59,890 bases of DNA from an uncultured Planctomycetia bacterium. Lineage in GTDB: Bacteria > Omnitrophota > Gorgyraeia > Pluralincolimonadales > Pluralincolimonadaceae. Within the stretch, counting starts at the first letter, position 1. Each line of letters begins with the position of its first letter. Position numbers and translations under genes: made by a program. The stretch lies in assembly GCA_964484255.1 (NCBI GenBank), contig CAZAEH010000005.1:1-59890 (forward strand), in the 5' to 3' direction. The notes beneath the pieces are model-generated. The model saw only the letters and a program-made list of their open reading frames with translations. It was not told where the DNA came from and made no database searches. Shown one piece after another: positions 19,232 to 27,700 of the stretch.

Positions 19232-21216
19232 ATGATCCTGCCGAGCGGTCTGTTCGCCAACAAGGACCCCTTCGCAGAAGAAGGGATCTCCTGTGCCCTC
19301 ATTTTTGGAAAGAGCGGAGTACTTTCAAAATCTTTCAGGGATTACGAGTTCAGGCCGCAGCAGAAGGAGATGGCCGAATCTGTGGAAAGGGCGATCCGGG
19401 CAGGCCGCCATCTTATTGTCGAAGCCGGTACCGGGGTCGGAAAATCGTTCGCATATCTTGTGCCGGCAGCTGATTTCGCGATAAACTCACGCAGGAAAAC
19501 CGTCATATCCACCGATACCATCAGCCTGCAGGAACAGCTTGTAAGAAAAGACCTTCCTCTTGTCTCGAAGATATTGCCGGGTGAATTTAAGTTCTGCCTG
19601 GTTAAGGGCCGGTCCAATTATCTTTGCTTGAGGAGGCTCAACAGGGTCTTCTCATCAAAAAATGACCTCTTCGATTCAAAACAAGAGGTCGGGGAGATGG
19701 GTAATATACTCGCGTGGTCGAAGGTCACCACTGACGGCTCCATATCGGACTTTTCTGCTGAGCCCTCGCGCAAGGTATGGGAAAAGGTATGTTGCGAACA
19801 CGATACCTGCCTGGGCAAGAAATGCCCGTACAGGAACGAATGTTTCCTGATGCAGGCCCGCCGGAACATGCAGGAATCCGACCTGATAGTCGTGAACCAT
19901 CACCTGTTCTTCTCCGACTTGGCCCTGCGCAAATCCGATTGGGCCCTGCTGCCTGATTATTCGTGCGTGATATTAGATGAAGCCCATACGATCGAGGACG
20001 TTGCGACAGAACACCTGGGCTTTGAGGTCTCCAATTACAAAGTAAAATATCTGTTGGATTCCCTTTATAACCCGTCAAAAAGGAAAGGGTTCCTTGCATC
20101 GATAAAGGATAACTCGCTTAAAAGGACGGTAGCTGATGTCCGCGAAGCTTCGGAAAACTTCTTCGCGGATATCACGGATTGGCTTGGCGCCGACGGCATA
20201 AAGAGGGTAAGGGAACCGGGTTTTATAGAAGATACGCTATCCGTCCCCATGAAAGAACTTTACGGAAGCCTTAAAAATGCCGTGAAAGGTTCCCGCTCCA
20301 AGGATGAAGAACTGGATTTCAGATATTACATGAATAGGCTGGAAGGATTATCCCAGGCCCTGGAAATCTTCATGGACCAGAAGTTGGGGGATTACGTATA
20401 TTGGTCCGAAGTATCGGGCGGCAGGTCCCGCAGGGCGGCACTCGATTGTGCGCCGGTCAATATAGCCACGGCTTTAAGGGAAAGCCTTTTCTCAAGGATA
20501 GGGACCGTGATCCTTACAAGCGCCACCCTGTCAACAGAAGGGAATTTTGAATATATAAAAGGCAGACTCGGCCTCGATAAGTGCTCGGAAAAACTCCTCG
20601 GTTCACCGTTCGATTATGAGAATAATGTAAAGATATACATTCCCAGGAACATGCCGGACCCTAACGATTATGCAAAATACAAGACGGAAGCCGTAGCCAG
20701 GATAAAAGACTATGTATCAAGGACTGAAGGCAGGGCGTTCGTCCTTTTTACCAGTTACAAGTTCATGGACGATGCCTATAATGAGACATCTGCTTTTTTT
20801 GAGAAGATGGGCATCCCAATACTTAAACAGGGTGCCGGTTTGCCAAGGATGAAGATGCTGGAGGCCTTCAAGCGGGATAAGGGCTCCGTGATATTCGGGG
20901 TGGATTCTTTCTGGACGGGCGTAGATGTGCCCGGGGAAGCCCTCAGCAACGTAATAATAACAAAGTTGCCTTTTGCCGTGCCTGACCATCCCATATCTGA
21001 AGCCAGGATGGAAAGGATAAGAGAGGCGGGGGGAGATCCCTTTAATATGTACAGCCTGCCACAGGCGATACTCAAGCTCAAACAGGGATTCGGAAGGCTT
21101 ATCCGCACGAAGCTCGATACCGGTATGGTGGTCATACTTGACAGCAGGATACTTCATAAACCTTACGGAAGAAAGTTTTGTCGGCGCTGCCTAATTGTGA
21201 GATAATAATCCAATGA
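19232..21216 (+). CDS. dinG: DinG/YoaA-family Fe-S helicase, with an apparent 1-nt deletion near the 3' end (as sequenced, stop at 21205)
   Basis: EAGTGVGKS, four Fe-S cysteines (YLCL...CEHDTC...C...C), ILDEAH, SATL, FWTGVDVPG, QGFGRLIR. The C-terminus resumes in another frame as LSALPNCEIIIQ-stop (21216). Confidence 0.88.
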
Positions 21217-23111
21217 TGAAGAAGCACGGCGGGATAATTATAGGGTTCGTTTGCGCTGTTGTCATAGCCATACCCTACTTTCTGGGCTTTTTTGAGCTTG
21301 CGGAATATCAGGGACTTGATCTCCTGTTCAAGGTACGAGGGCCCAAGCAGGTAAGCCAGGATATAGTTATCGTGGAAATAGACGACAGGGCAATAAACGA
21401 CTTCGGCCGGTGGCCGTGGCCGAGGGGCTATCATGCCGAGTTCCTGGACATGATAGAAGAATTCGAGCCGAAAGCCGTCGTCTTTGATATCCTTTTCAGC
21501 GAAAAGGATGTGGAACATCCTGATGATGATATGCAGCTTGCCGCTATGACGAAGAAGTTGGGTAATGTATTCTTCGCCTCGTTCTTTGACTTAAGCAGTG
21601 ATAAAGTCGCCAGGAGAAAAAACCTGAGGGCCCACAAGGAAACCATACCTTTCAAGATGTTGGCGGATAACGCCAGGGGATTCGGTTTCGTGAATATACT
21701 GGTGGAACCCGACGGGAAGGTAAGGAAGATACCTCTTTTCATCTCGCGTGACGGCCAGCTCAAACCCTCAATAGATCTTCTTGCCGCCTCATACTTCATG
21801 GAATTGGATCCTTTCAAGCTATATGCCCCGACTGACGGAAAAGGGTTCATGTGGATCAATTACCCCGGGCCTTTCAACCTTTTCAAGAAAATATCCTTCT
21901 CAGATATACCTATTTCCATAGACCAGCTTGAAAAAGGGGAGAAACCCGTTATAGACCTTAATATACTCAAGGGAAAAATAGTCCTCGTTGGCTTAACCTC
22001 TACAGCCTCGGAGGATTACTGGTCGACATCTTTCTCGTCCTTATACCCCGGGGTAGGCATAAGAGCAAGCTCTATCGATACCATGCTCAGGAAAGATTAT
22101 CTTTACCGCATATTCGTCCCGGAGGTATGTCTTATCATCATAGCCATAGGCCTGGCATTCGGCATGGTACTACCAAGGCGCACTCCCATGCAGGGACTCG
22201 CCTTCTTCTTTGTGATCATTTCGGGAGTGGCTGCCCTGGCAATAATAGATTTTGCGTTTTTTAACATCTGGATGGATTTTGTGTCTATAATTATCCTTTG
22301 TTTCATAGCCTACCCCGCTATCACCTTGAACCAGTTCATAATAACCCGGTTCGAAAAAGGCATGATCGAAAAAGAACTCCAGATCGCCAGCCGTATACAG
22401 CAGTCCATATTGCCGCAGGGCCTGCCGCAGGTCCCAGGAGTGGAAGTCGGTGTCAAATGCATGCCTGCGAAACATGTAGGAGGGGATTTTTACGATTTTA
22501 TCAAACTGTTCTATGATTTTGTAAAATTGAAAGAGGACAGGCTGGGGGTGGTAATAGGCGATGTCTCGGGCAAGGGCGTCCCCGCCGCTCTTTTTATGGC
22601 AAAATCCATGGCGGATTTCAGGGGCATTTCCCATAATTATAACGAAACCGACCGGGCCCTTTCCGCCATAAACGACAGGCTTACGGAGGAAGGTGTTTCG
22701 GGCATGTTCGTGACCATGCAGTACCTGATCTATAAACCCCAGGAACGCAAGATAGAATACTCTAACGGAGGGCATAACCCATTGGTAAAAGTGGATGCCA
22801 TGGGCAATGCCTGCCTCTTGACCCAATCTGTGGGTACCCCTATAGGGATAATACCGGGCTCTGATTTTATCTCCGATGAATTTCCTGTAACGGCTGGAGA
22901 ACTTTTTCTGATGTATACTGACGGCATTTCCGAAGCAAGGGACAAGAATGGCAAGGAGTTTGGCGAAGACAGGATACTGGAAAGCGCCAAAAAATACAGG
23001 GATGGCAAAGCGCAGGAGATCGCGGATAAAATAGTCGCGGATGTCGTGGAATTCAGCAGGGGAATGCCTCAGCACGACGATATGACGGTGATAGCTATCA
23101 AGATTTTATAG
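21213..23111 (+). CDS. CHASE2 sensor domain + 3 TM helices + SpoIIE/RsbU-type PP2C phosphatase
   Basis: N-terminal TM; CHASE2 motifs IVIVEIDD, WPWPR...HA, DILFSE, GKIVLVG, YPGV; three hydrophobic helices; PP2C motifs ASRIQQSILP, VGGDFYD, GDVSGKG, YTDGISEA, DDMT. Confidence 0.88.
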   Translation: MMKKHGGIIIGFVCAVVIAIPYFLGFFELAEYQGLDLLFKVRGPKQVSQDIVIVEIDDRAINDFGRWPWPRGYHAEFLDMIEEFEPKAVVFDILFSEKDVEHPDDDMQLAAMTKKLGNVFFASFFDLSSDKVARRKNLRAHKETIPFKMLADNARGFGFVNILVEPDGKVRKIPLFISRDGQLKPSIDLLAASYFMELDPFKLYAPTDGKGFMWINYPGPFNLFKKISFSDIPISIDQLEKGEKPVIDLNILKGKIVLVGLTSTASEDYWSTSFSSLYPGVGIRASSIDTMLRKDYLYRIFVPEVCLIIIAIGLAFGMVLPRRTPMQGLAFFFVIISGVAALAIIDFAFFNIWMDFVSIIILCFIAYPAITLNQFIITRFEKGMIEKELQIASRIQQSILPQGLPQVPGVEVGVKCMPAKHVGGDFYDFIKLFYDFVKLKEDRLGVVIGDVSGKGVPAALFMAKSMADFRGISHNYNETDRALSAINDRLTEEGVSGMFVTMQYLIYKPQERKIEYSNGGHNPLVKVDAMGNACLLTQSVGTPIGIIPGSDFISDEFPVTAGELFLMYTDGISEARDKNGKEFGEDRILESAKKYRDGKAQEIADKIVADVVEFSRGMPQHDDMTVIAIKIL

Positions 23112-23134
23112 AATGATCGCGATCTTATTTTATC

Positions 23135-23163
23135 TTGACATAACAGCTTTTAAATGTTAAACT
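23135..23163 (+). promoter_or_regulatory. sigma70-type promoter with extended -10 for the TPR/barrel-FecR giant-lipoprotein operon
   Basis: TTGACA (23135-23140), 17 nt, TGn-TAAACT (23155-23163). Confidence 0.65.
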
Positions 23164-23236
23164 TATCTCAATGTAGATCAAACTTCTGACACCTTCTTTA
23201 AAAACAAACCTTAGTTAACCAAAAAGGGGTTCCGTA

Positions 23237-24751
23237 ATGCCGGTAAGGTCCAAATCTGCAGTGGCGGTATTGGTAATATTGTCAGCGGTTTTTCTTATCC
23301 CTCTACAGCAAGCTCGATCAGATACAAACCCGGATATCGAACAAGGTGTAACTCTTTACAGGCAGGAAAATTACGATGAAGCGGCGGTTGTCCTGCGAAA
23401 AGCCAGGAAAGAGGATCCAAGCTCCTCGCTTGCAGCCTATTATCTCGGGATCACCTATAAACAACTGCAGGACTACAGACAGGCAAAGACCCAGCTCATA
23501 GATGCGGTCACCATTACCCCCCGCATTAAAGAAGCCCTGGTAGAGCTCATCGATGTCCTCTACCAGCTGGGAGACCTTAAAGAAGCTAAAGAGTACATCG
23601 AGATCGCCGAGAGGGAAAACATAAAACCCGCTCAAGTGGCTTTCCTCAAAGGCCTCGTGCTGTTAAAGGACGGCAAGACCTCGGATGCCATAACTGCCTT
23701 TGAACAGGCGAAGGGGTTTGATAATTCTTTGACCCAGGCCGCAGATTACCAAATTGGCATTGCCAACCTGAAAGAGAAGAATTATAAGGATGCGAAGAAG
23801 GTTTTTCAAGAAATAATAATCCTGGACCCGAATTCCGATTTAGCAGGGTTATCGTATGAATACATGGATGCATTAAAGCGGAAAGAAGAAGCCGAGAGGC
23901 CGTTCAGGGCCACGCTTAATGTATCGGGCCAATACGATACGAACGTCCTCCTTAAACCCGGCGATGACACTGTGGCTACCGGCATTACCGACGAAAGCGA
24001 TTGGCGGGAAGTGACAAATTTCATGGGACAGTATAAGCAGAAATTCGGAGAGAATTTCGGCATAGACAGCCAGTATTCGATGTATTGGGCCCACCAGAAC
24101 AAGATAGGCGCTTACGATGTCCTTAGCCATACCGTGACAGTCACCCCAAATTATTACATAAAGAACGGTACGATAGGCCTGGCTACGGGTTACAACTATA
24201 CGGACGTGGGTGAATCAAAATACATGACGACTATCACGGCCAGCCCTCTCGTGAATTATATTATCGGTAATAACCATATGCTCCAGGCTAATTTCAAATA
24301 TCAGAAAAAGGACTTCGCCAGGGACCCGTTCATACAGGATGAGGACAGGAACTCGAACGATTATGGCGGCGGGTTAGGTTATTACTTTTTCTTTGCGCAG
24401 AACAAGGGTTTCTTTGGGCTCCACTACGGGCTCAACAAGGAGGATACTAAAGGGCGGAATTGGGAATATCTCGGCAACAGGATAACTGCTACTGCGCTTA
24501 TCCCGTTCCTTAAAAAATTCAGGCTCAGCCTGGCGGGCGACGTGTTCCTCCAGGATTTTTCGAATACGAACACCATATTTAACGTCGACCGAAATGACGA
24601 GACATATACGGCATCTTCCATGCTCGGCTATACATTCTGGAAGGAAGCCGAATTGCAGTTCAGGTATACATACGTAAAGGACCATTCAAATATAAAAGTG
24701 TACGATTACGACAGAAGCATTTACAGTATAGGCATAGAATATAAATTTTAA
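23237..24751 (+). CDS. Exported TPR + C-terminal beta-barrel outer-membrane protein (Slam/DUF560-like architecture)
   Basis: Signal peptide (…QQARS/DT); about 5 TPR-like repeats (AYYLGITY, YQIGIAN); C-terminal ~285 aa of alternating aromatic-rich beta strands ending YSIGIEYKF (BamA-type terminal Phe). Confidence 0.75.
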   Translation: MPVRSKSAVAVLVILSAVFLIPLQQARSDTNPDIEQGVTLYRQENYDEAAVVLRKARKEDPSSSLAAYYLGITYKQLQDYRQAKTQLIDAVTITPRIKEALVELIDVLYQLGDLKEAKEYIEIAERENIKPAQVAFLKGLVLLKDGKTSDAITAFEQAKGFDNSLTQAADYQIGIANLKEKNYKDAKKVFQEIIILDPNSDLAGLSYEYMDALKRKEEAERPFRATLNVSGQYDTNVLLKPGDDTVATGITDESDWREVTNFMGQYKQKFGENFGIDSQYSMYWAHQNKIGAYDVLSHTVTVTPNYYIKNGTIGLATGYNYTDVGESKYMTTITASPLVNYIIGNNHMLQANFKYQKKDFARDPFIQDEDRNSNDYGGGLGYYFFFAQNKGFFGLHYGLNKEDTKGRNWEYLGNRITATALIPFLKKFRLSLAGDVFLQDFSNTNTIFNVDRNDETYTASSMLGYTFWKEAELQFRYTYVKDHSNIKVYDYDRSIYSIGIEYKF

Positions 24752-24768
24752 CGGAGGAAACGCTTAAA

Positions 24769-27700
24769 ATGAAAAAATTCGCCCTGAAATCCCCGGCCTT
24801 GGCGTTGCTGCTTATAACTATACTATTTTCCGCCCCCGCGGTTCCTGCGGCCAGCGCTGAACCTGTCGGCACGATATCCGCCGTCGAAGGCCGAGTTGAC
24901 CTTTTGAAATCGGGGAACAGCGAGTTCTTCGATGTTAAATCTGGGGTCAGCGTCTCTGCCGGAGATACGCTCAGGACAAAGAGCGGTTCGAAGGCCGAGA
25001 TAGCCTTTATGGACAAGACGATAGTGCGTCTTTCGGACAGCACTTTACTGGAGATCAAAGATTATGTAATAGATCCCAATGGCAACAGGTCCGGCGCTAA
25101 CCTTTTCCTCGGCAGGGGCAAGATAAGGGCTGTCGTATCAAGATCCGGTAACGGCAACTTCCTTGTAACCACCCCTAATGCACTGGGAAGCGTAAAAGGA
25201 ACAGACATAGTGGCGGTATACCAAAGGTCTTCGACCTCCCTCGCGGTCCTTGATGGAAAACTTTCAGCCGCAAATGTGTCTGCCCCAGGAGATACGGTCG
25301 ACATAAAGAGCGGTCAGTCATCCATCATATCAGGGGAATCTGAACCGACTGCTCCCAGGGCCCTGTTATCAATGGAAATAAAGGCACACGAATCCGATAC
25401 GAACGTGCCAAAAGCAACTGCAGTTGCCGCCAGCCCGGCGCAGGAAAGGATGTCTGCGGAAGGTTATAATGCCCCAGGCGCCATGAAGGCCGTTGTCATA
25501 AAGTTAGCCGGAAGCGTCAAGATAAAGAACCGAGGGTCGATAACCTGGCACGATGCTAAAATGAATGAAGTCCTTACCGCAGGGGACACCATAGAGACAA
25601 AGGATAAGGGGAAGATAGAAATAAGACTGGAAAACGGCAATGTCGTAACGCTCCAGCAGAACTCGAACCTTATTCTTGAAAAACTGTCCTCGGACAATAA
25701 GACAGGCGATTATGAGAACCTGCTGGAATCAAAAAGCGGTAAATTAAGGGCCCAGGTCCAGAAGATAAAAGGTAATTCAAAGTTTGAAATAAAGACACCT
25801 AACGCAGTTGCGTGCGTCCGCGGAACGATAATGTATTTGAACATATTACCCAACCTTACCAATTCGTATTTTGAAGAGGGCAACGGAGTGTTGCGCAGCC
25901 TCATATCCAATACGGTAAAAGACGTGCCCCTCGGTACCGGTGCCTCGGCCGACAATGCAGGAAACGTTTCCGATCCGACCCCTCCGAACGATAACCAAAT
26001 GTCAGAATGGCACCAGGGTTGGGATGTAAGTGATAGCGGAGAAGGATATTCAAGCCCTTCCGGCGACTTGGGTCAGGACCGCGGTTCGGATGAGGGCGAT
26101 GATACAGGGTTCCAAAATAAAGTATTTGATGAAAAACCGGTCACGGAAATCATAAACACGACGGAAGAGAACGGGGACGGTGACCAGGGCGCAGGCGAAG
26201 AGGAGACCCCTGAAATAGATTATTATATTACCGGCACCGCAACCGGCAGTTTCGGTTTTGTTGAAGCTTATGACAACAACAGCTTTGACGCGTATTTATC
26301 GAGCGAGACAGTATTGTCCTCCGCATGGTCGGGATCGTTCAATCTTTCCGTCGACGGTGAGTTCTCGAGCCCCGGGTACAGGATATTTGAAGGCGACGTG
26401 TCAGCGGAAAGTATAGACGGCGGCGCGGCTTTCGGGTGGGTTGGGGGCATATTCCACAGCTGGGAAGGGATATTGTCAACGATATATATAGATCCCAGCG
26501 GGAGGGCAGGTACGCTTTTTGGCTATCTATCCGGTACTAACACTATAAACGAAGGGCAGGAATGGTATTACGGCGACTTTTCGGGAAACGGTGATATTTA
26601 CGTAATACCGATGGCCCAACTCGAGACCGGTGTTGAATATCCTGTGGAATACGGGGGCGGTTACGGCAACCTTTGGCTGTCTTTTGGCGAGAACGGCGGG
26701 TTTAACGTGGATTTTGACAGACAGATGGCAAGGATAGTGGGGCAGAACTGGGGAATATGGAGGGATGCTTATTACGGAGGATACTATAATCCTGAAGGGC
26801 TTGCCGAATGGTTCGGGAATGCCGGCGGTTATTATGGCGATGACGGCTATTTCTTCGCTACCGCAGAAGGTATCGATGACCTTGACGGAGGATTAAGGAT
26901 CGATATCATAGGTACATACCTGGACACTCATACGCTGGGCGCCTATTACGGATCCATACTTGCCGAAACATACGCAGAGGGGATGGTTGAGGGCGTTGGG
27001 CTCGGAGGATACGCGGAAGAACCGCTCGCGTTCAGCGGCAATTGGGGAAGCGATGGCTGGGGCCTTTATTACGATTGCGGAGAATGCTGCCTTACTTGGG
27101 CAGGTGAAAAGTACGGCCTCATAGGTTCCCCGACAGTAGAATGGTGGAATGAAGCTTCTTTTCCTGTAGTCGCCATGGGGGAATCTTACTGCTACGATTA
27201 TCGGAATACGCCTTTGCTTTGGGTCACACCTATCGGCAGCTATAACGCGGACAACGAGGACTATACCTCGCTTGACGGTTCGGCTTTCTGGGGGATCAGC
27301 ACCGGTATCTGGAAAGACGGCCTTATGTCCAACGGGAAAGTAGTCGCTTTCTATGTCACGCCGGAGGGGACCGTTGGGTTGCTGAAAGGTGATCTTAGCG
27401 GTGTTTACGATCCGGAAATATGCATGTGGATGGCAGAAGGTGAACTTTCTCCTGAAGCAAAAGACTCCTCTTTAATAGACCCTGCCTCACTCTATGAAAG
27501 CATAACCGAATACCGGCTCCATAACCTTTGCATGGGCGGATCTGTCGGTGGATCAGCCTTATACGGATATACTACATATGGCGTATCCTATGCAATTGAT
27601 GACGGATCGTGGGGCATATATGAGTTCGACGGCGGCGGTTATTACAACGGCGGAGAATGGGCGCAAACGAACGAGAACGGCCTTGCCTTCGGTTACATGG

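Noticed and set aside
23164-23236. Possible c-di-GMP or other riboswitch in the module leader
   Set aside because: Only short AACC/GGTT complementarity; no GEMM-type GGCAAA/GNRA tetraloop-receptor consensus.
27076-27090. CGECC as a c-type heme attachment site
   Set aside because: CxxCH requires His at the fifth position; here it is Cys.
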